Shown one piece after another: positions 50,001-58,524 of a DNA stretch of 64,000 nt (positions are counted from its first letter, which is position 1; every line of letters begins with the position of its first letter). The DNA lies in assembly GCA_963663805.2 (NCBI GenBank), contig CAXXMR010000003.1, forward strand, positions 1-64,000, given 5' to 3'. The notes below the pieces were generated by a model. The model did no database searches and was not told the origin of the DNA. It worked only from the letters and a program-made list of their open reading frames with translations. The DNA is from Sedimentisphaerales bacterium. GTDB lineage: Bacteria > Planctomycetota > Phycisphaerae > Sedimentisphaerales > SM23-30. A program made the position numbers and the translations under genes.

Positions 50001-50835
50001 TATAAGTCAGCATCAAATCAGTTGTGTTATAAACCGGAACAACATCTAAAGACCAGTTGTCAGGGTCGCTCCAGCTTGTTCCATCGCCGTCACCGGTAAA
50101 ATAATTGTTACCGCTTACGATCTCAACAGCCTCGACCCAGGTATAACCGCTTTCGTAAGTGACCTGTAAATCGTAACTCGAATCGCCATTGTAGGCAATT
50201 ATATTACCGTTACTGATATGCCACAGGATAGCACTGGTATCATCGCCGGCGGTACGCATCTTGCCGCCGCAAATATCTACTACGCCGGTGAAATTTGGAT
50301 TGTAGCCGGTGCCGTTGTAGCCCGAAAAACTGCTGCTGTCCCCCATATAAAGGGTCGCGTTCTCATGTACCTTAATGACGGCGCCTGTCTTAATGTCCCA
50401 CCAGTTACTGGCCCAGCCCAGCGAACCGGAGTTGATATTTACCGTGGCACCGACAAAATTAGCTCCCCAGGCATTAACTGAACCGCCATTAACATTTAGA
50501 ACACCGTGAGAACCTATACCAAATTTTTTGTAGCTGACCGTATTATAGGTCGCGCCGCTCTGGACATTAAGTGTATGGGTGCCGGTATCCGAAGAACCGC
50601 CCAGAACCATTTGGCCTGAAACTGCCGTACCAGTGATGTTGACTGTGAGGTTGCTGGCAGCGTTCCTGCCGATATAAGAATCTTCAGATGTGCTGGAAAT
50701 CGGAAGTGTGCCGCGCGACCAGTTTGAGGTATCGGACCAACTGCTGCCGTCCCCTCCGCCGGTAAAAACATTGTCAGTACCAAATACCGTCGAAGAAACA
50801 CAAATCACAAACAGCAGGAACAGTTTTTTTGGCAT
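47020..50835 (-). CDS. Secreted heparinase II/III-family polysaccharide lyase (PL12-like) with two N-terminal GDG-x-SW repeats and a dockerin-like domain
   Basis: GGAGGT RBS and signal MPKKLFLL; WMHNRF, WRGLEVAIR, GNWLLTE, DGVHAELTTSYH, GHLHLD, LVDAGRFAY, TASHN, LWHFHP. Confidence 0.85.
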   Translation of the reverse strand: MPKKLFLLFVICVSSTVFGTDNVFTGGGDGSSWSDTSNWSRGTLPISSTSEDSYIGRNAASNLTVNITGTAVSGQMVLGGSSDTGTHTLNVQSGATYNTVSYKKFGIGSHGVLNVNGGSVNAWGANFVGATVNINSGSLGWASNWWDIKTGAVIKVHENATLYMGDSSSFSGYNGTGYNPNFTGVVDICGGKMRTAGDDTSAILWHISNGNIIAYNGDSSYDLQVTYESGYTWVEAVEIVSGNNYFTGDGDGTSWSDPDNWSLDVVPVYNTTDLMLTYIGFYDENANYSVTIDGEAGSGRTWIGIPETAGGTYILNIEEGGDYSLVRLYVGYRGTLNVNGGVVSVPECIFQSSGSIGNVTGGELNISSNAWRIEDGATVNLTSGPIRINNNSSFSAYPATDSGTGVIYNSRFSGILNLAGGELIMNGNWVAPLNWHIDNGNLVAYDGDGAYHLETTYDGSQTHVIAVYGTNAYDESPSDNATSVAVDTSLGWKVPPVVLSGTLYMGQKYKSDLNDDFSVDIDDLSVLANYFLSDSVEALDTADINHDLAIDLCDFAAIAGEWNNETVMTEIETFLNESGSMAEYVYTPTTALAGDTEYVWRVDTTTTEGSSTGQQWQFKTISTAKKDIYWLYEEHPDIVEGIFDNFDLTLPELAEVNQAVSEGNWKLACRKLLNYYRVCSSGSWLRGTEISEATEDTIIAADLILQDRYTHQNVLGQVPRTAAGTLNWKYLGPENDYEWAWMHNRFQYLPGILERAYRSTGNTIYLERINEEIQDWILNCPYSATTSNPEWRGLEVAIRAGVFMELFYRLYDDPNFDDVTKLLILSTLRNHAQFLLDNHQSGGNWLLTEMRGVATVGGGWPELEQSEAYLDYAFTKVLPQINSQVLPDGVHAELTTSYHYVALKEFNYIAELAKNSGQPVDEDYDDCLELMWNYLAMAVRPNGYSPLNSDTDLHDYRSLFVAAADVFERPDWIYTATNGAEGTLPTGEPSVFFPWAGQLISRSGWDYDAHWSFFDLGPAGIGGGHLHLDRMHFSADAYGRDILVDAGRFAYYGDIAATYRGYAVGTASHNVARLAGMNQKVGLTKNSSPQTNDCQITPTYDFAKASLTNGYDGIEGTANQQRLMRYERGKYWVIVDRFITDRARSIETLWHFHPECTVGSSGLETLTTDAGLGNMRIVPVGSVGWTLDIISGQLSPSVQGWYSVEYGLYEANSTAMYSADITGDTIFAWLIIPGQDTPAQMSAQIISSTSSSVTITVTEAPGLENTFQLDF

Positions 50836-50925
50836 CAAACACCTCCGGGGACTACTTTTAGGGCGAGTAATCATTCTCTGACTACCCATCGTAATGATTA
50901 TCGGTTGATTTCGCCATGCCTATTC

Positions 50926-50951
50926 GCGCACAATTCTCTCCATAATGCGCA
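50926..50951 (-). promoter_or_regulatory. GCGCA-N16-GCGCA motif, copy C
   Basis: GCGCA CAATTCTCTCCATAAT GCGCA; minus-strand TACGAT begins 33 nt downstream. Confidence 0.75.
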
Positions 50952-50971
50952 AACATTGTTGACTATCCCCC

Positions 50972-51017
50972 AAAAAAGCCAGGCCGATACGTTCTGGGGA
51001 GAAGACGTATCGGCCTG
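50972..51017 (-). terminator. Rho-independent terminator after PEP-CTERM gene 51051..51806
   Basis: Stem CAGGCCGATACGT / ACGTATCGGCCTG, then T6 on the minus strand. Confidence 0.8.
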
Positions 51018-51050
51018 AACCATAAAAAGTACTGATTTAACTTTAATTCC

Positions 51051-51806
51051 TTACCGGCGTTTGCGGAATGACATCAGCCCGCCCAGCCCCAGCAAAGCTA
51101 TGGTTGCCGGTTCCGGAACTGCGGTAACATAGGTTTTGCCGGTCTCGGAATCGTAGGTGATTGACAGTTTACTGTCGTCGGTATCGCCGTAAGCTGTGAA
51201 GAAATCATTGGCGGCATAAGTGGTCAGGGTACTGACTTTATCACCGGAAATCTGAAACGTACCTCCGCAAATATCCACATTGCCGTCAACGCCATAGGAG
51301 TAGCCCGACAGAAGACTCAGCGAGAAAACCCCGCCTTCGTTGATCGTAACGGTAGTGCCGGATTTGACCGCCCACCAGTTGGTAGAGTTGTAGAACAATC
51401 CACCGTCATGGATATTAATTTCAGAACCGCCCATCATGAACCCCCAGGTGCTTAAAATACCGTCGATATTGATTGTTGCTTTTGTGCCGGTGTTTAGCTG
51501 CTTATAGTTACTTACTGTAAGCCTGCCTTCGATATTAAGCGTACACGAGCTTGCCGAATCGCTGCTCTGTCCGATATAAGTATCGTAGGATGTAGCTAGT
51601 ACCCCGGAAGCAATATTAACTGTAAGATTACCGCTGGCGTTTTTTCCGATATAGGTCGGACTATAGTGAAGCGGAACAGTAGTGGGATTCCAATTTGCTG
51701 CGTCATTCCAACTGCTGCCATCGCCGCCGCCATCCCAGATTATGTCCGTTGCGAAAGCTATACTGCAACTCAAAACACACAGTAGAAATAGAACTTTTTT
51801 CAACAT
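51051..51806 (-). CDS. PEP-CTERM surface protein made of one GDG-x-SW module
   Basis: Signal peptide, WDGGGDGSSWNDAANW, VPEPATIALLGLGGLMSFRKRR. Confidence 0.9.
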   Translation of the reverse strand: MLKKVLFLLCVLSCSIAFATDIIWDGGGDGSSWNDAANWNPTTVPLHYSPTYIGKNASGNLTVNIASGVLATSYDTYIGQSSDSASSCTLNIEGRLTVSNYKQLNTGTKATINIDGILSTWGFMMGGSEINIHDGGLFYNSTNWWAVKSGTTVTINEGGVFSLSLLSGYSYGVDGNVDICGGTFQISGDKVSTLTTYAANDFFTAYGDTDDSKLSITYDSETGKTYVTAVPEPATIALLGLGGLMSFRKRR

Positions 51807-51948
51807 AGTCTTCTCCTTTTCAGTAATACATCTAAACTCAAGAGCGGTATAGGCCCGCTAAACATTTTCCCTTGACTAAGGCTTTGCACACTTAAAACCG
51901 TCACTACTCTATCATATCTGGTAAGGGATGGGGGAACAATACGGCATC

Positions 51949-51974
51949 GCGCATAATTATCTCCATTTGGCGCA
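51949..51974 (-). promoter_or_regulatory. GCGCA-N16-GCGCA motif, copy D
   Basis: GCGCA TAATTATCTCCATTTG GCGCA; minus-strand TATGAT begins 33 nt downstream. Confidence 0.75.
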
Positions 51975-51995
51975 GCGAAATTATTAAAAACAGGC

Positions 51996-52024
51996 TTTAC
52001 AAGTTTCTGTCATTTTTGTATTAT
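51996..52024 (+). promoter_or_regulatory. Sigma70 promoter of the ABC transporter operon
   Basis: TTTACA, 17-nt spacer, TATTAT. Confidence 0.6.
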
Positions 52025-52092
52025 CAACCTACTTGTGTTGTTGTAGTTCTGCAGAAATTCACCTTTATATTTGGTGAAGCGGATGTAAATGA

Positions 52093-54510
52093 ATGATAAA
52101 GTACTTTAGCAAAATATTGGTTTTGGCGGTGGCGGTCCTGACAGGGGGGCTGCGGGCTGGTGAATTTATTGAGAACGAAAATTTTACCGGAGAAAAAACC
52201 ACCATCAAATACGCTCTCTGGGGTGGGGCCGAAACGGTTAAGGAGACTGCCGAATATTGTCGCCTGTTTGTGGCGAAGAACCCTGATATTCGGCTGGACA
52301 TGGTGGTGATTCCGTGGGGGCAGTACTGGGCGAAATTGCAGAGTCAGGCGGCATCGGGGCTGGCTCCGGATGTTATTTCACTTTATTCGGGTAATATGGG
52401 TATCTGGATTAAGCGGGGGGCGCTGCTTGGTTTGGATGATTATGTTAAGAGTGCGGGAGTTAATCTTGATGACTATCATCGGGTGGCGGTAGAGCTTTGC
52501 GTTTGGGATGATACGCTTTTTTGTATGCCGACGGGTATTACGGTACGGACGGTGGTTTATTCGACAGACCGTTTGGAGGAGAGCGGGCTGGAGCGTAGGG
52601 ATTGGCCTAAAGCTAATGAGCCGATGAGCTGGGAAGATTTCAAGGCGTTGGCTGGTCGTTTGACTTTGCGTAACCCGGACGGTACGTTTGCCCAGTACGG
52701 CATGGCCGCGGGACACAACTGGGACCAGCGTATGATTCGCATGTTCGGCGGTAAAATCGTGGACAGGCAGGTTGATCCGAAGGTTTGTGTGGTAAAAGAT
52801 AATGAGCAGCTTATTAAAGGGTTGATCGAAGTTTATCAGGCCCAGTATGGCGACCGCTGCATGATGGGTTTTATTCCTTTGAGCAGTGGGGGGGTGCGGA
52901 ATCTGGACGCGGTAATTGCTGCACCGGAATACGCGATGGGTCTTACGGGTCCGTGGTCGGTGAAAACTTTGCAGGAATCGGGAGTGCGGTTTGGTCTTAT
53001 GCCGATACCGCGCGGGCCGGTTCCGTCGCAATTGATTTACGGAAACGCTTTGGGAATTTCTCGTGATTCGGAGTCGCCGGAAGCTGCCTGGCGGTTTATT
53101 GAGTTTATGGCTTCGCCGGAAATACAGGAGATTATCGGGCGGAATGTCAGGGGTGTCCCTTCGCTGAAAAGTGCCCAGGAGGCCCTTATACACAATGATT
53201 TGGGCATCGAAGGCTGTGAGGCTTTTGTCTATGATTTGCCGATTGCCGAGGCGGATTTGTGCGTGGCGGAAACTTATGTGCTGGAGATGCGTGAGAAATG
53301 GCTGGCGAGTTTGGAGCGATTGTTCGACCATGAATACGACAAGCGTTTGCGGGCTTTGCCGCGAGGTGAATATGGTGCAATTTCCCCGGCGGATTATGAT
53401 AATTTTGTGGCGGGGATGAATACATTTATTGAGAAGACGGTGCGGCAGCAGGTGGTTGAGCTTGACAGTAAAATGACGCTGGCGTTGGTGCGCGGGTCGA
53501 GGCCTACGCCGAGTTTTGGTGAGAAGGTTGTTGGGCCGGTCATCATGACGGCTGTTTTAGCGGCGGCGGGAGTGTGGTATATAATCTGGTTCCGGCGGCG
53601 GTCGGACAAGCCGGTTGTCGCGGCGTTGAAGGTTGATAACCGGGCGGGGTATTTGTGTATTCTGCCGTGGCTAATAGGGTTCTTTGTATTTTCGCTGGTG
53701 CCGATAATATCAAGTGTCATTTTGAGTTTTACCGAGTGGAATATGATTCGTCCGCCGGAATGGGTTGGTTTGCGAAATTATCTGCATCTGCATGAGGATG
53801 AATATTTTTTCATGGGTCTGATTAAGACTTGCAGTTACGCGGCGTGGGTTATTCCGATTTCATTTTTTGGCGGCTTGATTACGGCGGGTTTGCTGACCTG
53901 CAAGACTCGCGGCGGTGGATTTTTTAAGAGCGTATTTTATTTTCCGTCGCTGTTTACCGGTGCGGCCATCGCGGTGCTGTGGGTAAATATGTTCAATAAG
54001 GAGTATGGTGTAATAAATGAAATGCTGGGCTTTTTCAATATCGCGCCGATAAATTGGCTGGACGAAGCTCATGCTTTTACGACGGTGATTCTGATGAACT
54101 GTTTCTGGGTCGGTGGGGCGATGATAATTTATTACGCGGGCATGAAGCAGATTCCCGCGTCTTTGTATGAAGCAGCCGAGATCGATGGGGCTGGGCCGAT
54201 TCGCAAGTTTCTTTATATTACAATTCCGATGCTTTCGCCAGTAATTATGTTTATGGTGATTATGACCACTATCGGGGCGTTTCAGGTGTTTACGCCGGCG
54301 TTGTTTTTCGCTTCGGACTCCTCGCAGATAGGCGGGCCGGGCGATGCTCTAAGGCTTTATTCGGTAAATATTTACAATGAAGCGTTTAATAATTTGCGGA
54401 TGGGTAACGCCTGTTCTTACGCGATAATTTTGTTCATCATTATTTTTCTTATTACGATGGTGCAGTTGAAGCTGGCGGGGCGTTTTGTTCATTCTCAGGG
54501 GGATAAATAA
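52093..54510 (+). CDS. Carbohydrate ABC transporter, solute-binding protein fused to MalF-type permease
   Basis: Signal peptide, SBP motifs (ASGLAPDV, AAWRFIEFM), TM linker, PWLIGF, WVGLRNY, EAA loop LYEAAEIDGA. Confidence 0.9.
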   Translation: MIKYFSKILVLAVAVLTGGLRAGEFIENENFTGEKTTIKYALWGGAETVKETAEYCRLFVAKNPDIRLDMVVIPWGQYWAKLQSQAASGLAPDVISLYSGNMGIWIKRGALLGLDDYVKSAGVNLDDYHRVAVELCVWDDTLFCMPTGITVRTVVYSTDRLEESGLERRDWPKANEPMSWEDFKALAGRLTLRNPDGTFAQYGMAAGHNWDQRMIRMFGGKIVDRQVDPKVCVVKDNEQLIKGLIEVYQAQYGDRCMMGFIPLSSGGVRNLDAVIAAPEYAMGLTGPWSVKTLQESGVRFGLMPIPRGPVPSQLIYGNALGISRDSESPEAAWRFIEFMASPEIQEIIGRNVRGVPSLKSAQEALIHNDLGIEGCEAFVYDLPIAEADLCVAETYVLEMREKWLASLERLFDHEYDKRLRALPRGEYGAISPADYDNFVAGMNTFIEKTVRQQVVELDSKMTLALVRGSRPTPSFGEKVVGPVIMTAVLAAAGVWYIIWFRRRSDKPVVAALKVDNRAGYLCILPWLIGFFVFSLVPIISSVILSFTEWNMIRPPEWVGLRNYLHLHEDEYFFMGLIKTCSYAAWVIPISFFGGLITAGLLTCKTRGGGFFKSVFYFPSLFTGAAIAVLWVNMFNKEYGVINEMLGFFNIAPINWLDEAHAFTTVILMNCFWVGGAMIIYYAGMKQIPASLYEAAEIDGAGPIRKFLYITIPMLSPVIMFMVIMTTIGAFQVFTPALFFASDSSQIGGPGDALRLYSVNIYNEAFNNLRMGNACSYAIILFIIIFLITMVQLKLAGRFVHSQGDK
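52097..52108. promoter_or_regulatory. Putative LacI operator inside the first codons of the ABC gene
   Basis: Perfect palindrome TAAAGTACTTTA. Confidence 0.6.
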
Positions 54511-55760
54511 TGAGTACGATGCGTAAGGTTCTGATTTACTCCTTATTATTTGGTTTGGCGGCGTTTTTCATATTTCCGTTTTACTGGCTGGTGAGCTGCT
54601 CGTTGAAGTCGCGGGAGTGCATGTCGATGACTCCGCCAGCGTATTATCCTTGTGAGGTCCGCACGGTCCAGGTCGAGATGCCTGCCCAGGGACGGGTATA
54701 TCATTCCGGGGGCGCCAAGTGGCTGCTGGTATGCCGTTCTGGGAATCTGGTTCATGATGTTGCCGGGGCGGGTGGTTACTATGTACGTCTCGAAAATAAT
54801 CAGCCGACGGCCTTATCTGCCTGGCTGAGCGATAATGAAGTCAAAGCAGTTGACGCTGATACGGATAATATTGTTTTTCCTCAGTGCGCAATACATAAAT
54901 TGGATGATGGTTCGCGAGTAGCGATTGTTGCCAAGCTGATTCGGCGTGAGGAGACTGGTTTTGACGAGATACTGCTTACTGCCGATGCCGGTGGGGGAGT
55001 GCTTCAGGATGTTTCGGCTATGCTGAACGTTGGCCATAGGGAGATTCGTGATTTTAAGCCGGAATGGGGCAATTATCCGGAAACGCTGAAAGGCCCGGAC
55101 GCCGCCATTGGCAAGGAGTCTACGGGTTTTCTGGTTTTTATGAAGAATAGTTTTTTTATCAGTATTATGGCGGTGCTTGGTCAGGTATTCAGCAGCAGTC
55201 TGGTTGCCTATGGTTTCGCGAGGTTGAACTTCAAGGGTCGGGAGATGTGGTTTATTCTGCTGCTTTCGACGATGATGATTCCGGGCCAGGTAACTTTGAT
55301 TCCGCTGTTTGCTATATATAAAGGTTTGGGCTGGATAGACACATTTTTGCCTTTGATTGTGCCGCACTTTACCGCGGGTGCGTTTAATGTCTTTTTGATT
55401 CGTCAGTATATGCTGACGATACCGAAAGAGCTGGATGAGTCGGCGGTTATTGACGGATGTGGCGCTTTCCGGCGATATTTCTATATCATTCTGCCTAACT
55501 GTCTGCCGGTGTTGATTGTGGTGAGTCTGTTTACATTTGTGTATACCTGGCAGGACGTTATGGGACCGTTGATTTACTTGGACAATCCTGCTTATCGTAC
55601 GGTGACTCTGGGGCTGGAATTTTTCCGTTCGCCTTACGTCGATAACCGGCATCTGCTGATGACCGGGGCGGTATTGGCGATGCTGCCGGTATTTATCCTG
55701 TTTGTGTTCCTGCAACGGTATATAATGTCTGGGGTGGCAACTACCGGTTTGAAGGGGTGA
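54510..55760 (+). CDS. Carbohydrate ABC transporter permease (MalG type) with a large extracytoplasmic insertion
   Basis: PFYWLVSCSLK, AYGFAR, MMIPGQVTLIPLF, ELDESAVIDG, LQRYIMSG; start overlaps the upstream stop (TAATG). Confidence 0.9.
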   Translation: MSTMRKVLIYSLLFGLAAFFIFPFYWLVSCSLKSRECMSMTPPAYYPCEVRTVQVEMPAQGRVYHSGGAKWLLVCRSGNLVHDVAGAGGYYVRLENNQPTALSAWLSDNEVKAVDADTDNIVFPQCAIHKLDDGSRVAIVAKLIRREETGFDEILLTADAGGGVLQDVSAMLNVGHREIRDFKPEWGNYPETLKGPDAAIGKESTGFLVFMKNSFFISIMAVLGQVFSSSLVAYGFARLNFKGREMWFILLLSTMMIPGQVTLIPLFAIYKGLGWIDTFLPLIVPHFTAGAFNVFLIRQYMLTIPKELDESAVIDGCGAFRRYFYIILPNCLPVLIVVSLFTFVYTWQDVMGPLIYLDNPAYRTVTLGLEFFRSPYVDNRHLLMTGAVLAMLPVFILFVFLQRYIMSGVATTGLKG

Positions 55761-55775
55761 TACTCATTTTGTGGA

Positions 55776-55818
55776 TAAAGTCCTTTATTAAAGTCTGTGT
55801 TTTAGAAAAAGTACTTTA
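55776..55818. promoter_or_regulatory. Two auxiliary operator-like sites
   Basis: TAAAGTCCTTTA (55776-55787) and AAAAGTACTTTA (55807-55818). Confidence 0.55.
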
Positions 55819-55950
55819 GCAAATAATATTTTGTGAAATAATCGTTACGCGAATACGGACGCTGGAAATTAGTTTTGTAACTTTATTAATATCAGTAAGT
55901 TATGGTTTTGATTGTTTTGTGATTTAGAGACGTGTTTATTAATAAAAGTC

Positions 55951-55998
55951 TTGACATGATTGTTTGTTTTGGGTATTATTTGGTGGTAAAGTACTTTT
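55951..55998 (+). promoter_or_regulatory. lacI-type gene promoter with operator at the predicted +1
   Basis: TTGACA (55951-55956), 17-nt spacer, TATTAT (55974-55979), then TAAAGTACTTTT (55987-55998). Confidence 0.75.
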
Positions 55999-56053
55999 TC
56001 AGAGGTAAAAAAGTAATAGCTGCTGAATTCAAGTCCTGTAAAGAGAGTCATTT

Positions 56054-57121
56054 ATGAAACAGTCAGTTCCAAGATTAAAAGATATTGCCCGGGAAGCAAA
56101 TGTGTCTTTGACTACTGCTTCGTTAATCCTGCGTAATGAAAAGGGGCGTTTTCATACCGATACTCGTGACCGGGTGATGGACGTTGCCCGCAAGCTGGGC
56201 TGGCGTCGCAATCTGCTGGTCGAGGGGATGCAGACCGGCAAGACCAAGACTGTCGGGGTGCTGGTGCCGCCTTACGATTCTTACTGGACCAATGTTTTGT
56301 TTGGGGTTCATCATGAGCTGGTGGCGGCGGATTATATGCCCATTACGTTGTGGGTGGGTGGTAATATTGAGGAGCTTTTGGCTCATACGCCGCAGCCGAC
56401 CAAAGGGGTGGACCAGATTAACCGGTTGATTGACCGTCGGGTTGAGGGTTTTGTGCTTTGGCCTGATATTGCCGACGCTTTCAGCGATATTTTCAAAGAG
56501 CTGGCGGCGCGTAAGGTTCCCGTGGTGGTTATTGACAGTGAACTAACAGAGCAGAAGATTGCCGACTCGGTTCAGACCGATGAGGAAACTGGCAGTCAGC
56601 AGGTAGCTAGTCATCTTGTTTCTCTGGGGCATCGCAATATCGGCTGTCTGATTGAAACTGAGCTGGCTTCGAAGCGTTGGCAGATTGCCCGGCAGAGATA
56701 TTTCGAATTTTCGCTACGCGATTGTCCCGACGTGAGATATCGCAGCTGGTCTCTGGACGCTGCGGACCGGAACGGTATGCGGGTGGCGCGTGAGATTCTT
56801 GCCCTGCCTGACCGTCCCACAGCGATATTCTGCGATACTGACCATTTGGCCCAGGATTTGTATCGGGCGGCGGATGAAAAAGGCATTCGAATTCCTGAAG
56901 ATATTTCAGTGGTGGGTTTTTCAGACCTGGACTTTTCGGCAACGATGCAGCCGCCTTTGACAACGGTGCGTCAGAAGCCGCTGGAATTAGGCCGTCACGC
57001 TGCCCGGCTGATGCTGGATAGAATCAACGGCAAGTTAAGAGATACGGAACCTCACACGGTAAAGGTTGGATGTGAACTGGTCGTACGCCAGTCAACCGCT
57101 GAGGTTTCTCGAAAGGTTTAG
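56054..57121 (+). CDS. LacI-family transcriptional regulator
   Basis: RLKDIAREANVSLTTASLIL HTH, PTAIFC, IPEDISVVGFSD, PPLTTVRQ, LVVRQST. Confidence 0.95.
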   Translation: MKQSVPRLKDIAREANVSLTTASLILRNEKGRFHTDTRDRVMDVARKLGWRRNLLVEGMQTGKTKTVGVLVPPYDSYWTNVLFGVHHELVAADYMPITLWVGGNIEELLAHTPQPTKGVDQINRLIDRRVEGFVLWPDIADAFSDIFKELAARKVPVVVIDSELTEQKIADSVQTDEETGSQQVASHLVSLGHRNIGCLIETELASKRWQIARQRYFEFSLRDCPDVRYRSWSLDAADRNGMRVAREILALPDRPTAIFCDTDHLAQDLYRAADEKGIRIPEDISVVGFSDLDFSATMQPPLTTVRQKPLELGRHAARLMLDRINGKLRDTEPHTVKVGCELVVRQSTAEVSRKV

Positions 57122-57161
57122 TAATGTTTGTAACACTTAAACTGGCCAAGGAGGCAAAAAG

Positions 57162-58511
57162 ATGAAAAGCCAAAGTATTGTAACATTGATTCTGGTGGTG
57201 TTGACGCTGGGTTGCGGTCAACTATGGGCGCAGGGGGTGGACGATTTTGAATCTTACGCCAATACCGCGGCGATGCAGGCGGCCTGGATTGTGAGGGAAG
57301 GATGCGAACCAGCTCTGAGTTATTCGCTGAATACCTCAATCTCTCATGGCGGCACAAAATCTGTGCAGTACAATTATGAGTGCGACACAGCCCCTTATTA
57401 CAGTGAAATTCTCAAAGTCCTATCAACCCCGCAAGACTGGTCGGATTACAACGCGCTTAATTTCTGGCTCAAGGGTGAAGTCGGGGCGACCAACAGTTCT
57501 GAAGAACTGGTCATATCCTTATATAGTCTGGTTGGCTCAACCTATAATGACCCCAATGACCTTGTGCTCATTGGACGGACGGCGATGAGGGGTGTGCTGC
57601 AGAATATTGAGTGGCAGGAGTTTCAGGCAAATATTGAAGTTGGTTACGGTGACCGCAGTGCGGTTCAGGTAATTGGCATTGGGTTTATGCCGATTTATTA
57701 TGGTGATGGCGTGGTGTGGATTGACGACCTGGAGCTAACGACGGTTGAATATGGGGTACTGGATAATTTTGAAACTTACGCCAATACCACGGAGATGACT
57801 ACGTTTGGTACCAGTGACGGCTTAGGGGGCGGCTGGAGAGCGCAGGGAACTGCGGTTCTTACACTTTCAGAAGACCCGGATGAGCATTTGGGCGGTATAA
57901 AGGCAATGAAATACGATTATAACAACGGCGGTGCTTCCGCAGGCTGGTCAAAGGCTGAAAAATATCTGGAGTGGTCCAGTAGTTTATCAGGACTGGATTT
58001 GCGTCCCTATGATTATGTGGTGGTGAACTTCAAGGTTACGGATGCTTCGGGCTATCTGATGTGCAAGATATGTAATCTTAACGGCACAGCTCACACCATC
58101 TATTATGACGAAAAGAATGTCTTGCCTGTAGGTGACTGGGTTATCTGGGAGATTCCTGTTGCCGATATCCCCACCGATATTAGCTGGGCGGTAAGGCAAA
58201 TACAACTTTTTATGATGGACACCGATGACGGTGAAGGAACCTACTGGAATTCCGGCCAGGTTTATTTTGACGATATTCATCTGAATGTCTGTGCTTTGGA
58301 TATCGCTGGTGATATTGATGGTAACTGCCGTGTGAATGTTGACGATTTGAAGGTGCTGGCGGAAAACTGGCTGGATACCGGCTGTATCGCTGAGACCTGG
58401 TGCAACAAAGCCGACATCGACCAGAGTGGTGATGTTGATTTGCTGGACTTTGCCGCTGTTGTTGTTGATTGGATGAACTGTAACCTCCTCGTACAGGCAG
58501 ATTGCCAGTAA
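57162..58511 (+). CDS. Secreted protein with two CBM11-like (galactose-binding fold) modules and a C-terminal dockerin-like domain
   Basis: Signal peptide; VDDFESY...WIDDLEL and LDNFETY...YFDDIHL; GDIDGNCRVNVDDL / ADIDQSGDVDLLDF. Confidence 0.78.
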   Translation: MKSQSIVTLILVVLTLGCGQLWAQGVDDFESYANTAAMQAAWIVREGCEPALSYSLNTSISHGGTKSVQYNYECDTAPYYSEILKVLSTPQDWSDYNALNFWLKGEVGATNSSEELVISLYSLVGSTYNDPNDLVLIGRTAMRGVLQNIEWQEFQANIEVGYGDRSAVQVIGIGFMPIYYGDGVVWIDDLELTTVEYGVLDNFETYANTTEMTTFGTSDGLGGGWRAQGTAVLTLSEDPDEHLGGIKAMKYDYNNGGASAGWSKAEKYLEWSSSLSGLDLRPYDYVVVNFKVTDASGYLMCKICNLNGTAHTIYYDEKNVLPVGDWVIWEIPVADIPTDISWAVRQIQLFMMDTDDGEGTYWNSGQVYFDDIHLNVCALDIAGDIDGNCRVNVDDLKVLAENWLDTGCIAETWCNKADIDQSGDVDLLDFAAVVVDWMNCNLLVQADCQ

Positions 58512-58524
58512 GAATTTGTAGTAG

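Noticed and set aside
46933..51974. GCGCATAA in motif copies B and D resembles the XerC arm of a dif site
   Set aside because: No XerD arm (TTATGTTAAAT-like) follows the 6-bp spacer, and fixed spacing to -10 boxes fits a transcription-factor site better.
12337..55715. Other long antisense ORFs (12337..13323, 34103..34957, 47257..48315, 52378..53331, 54813..55715)
   Set aside because: Each lies wholly opposite a well-supported gene and is explained by codon bias.
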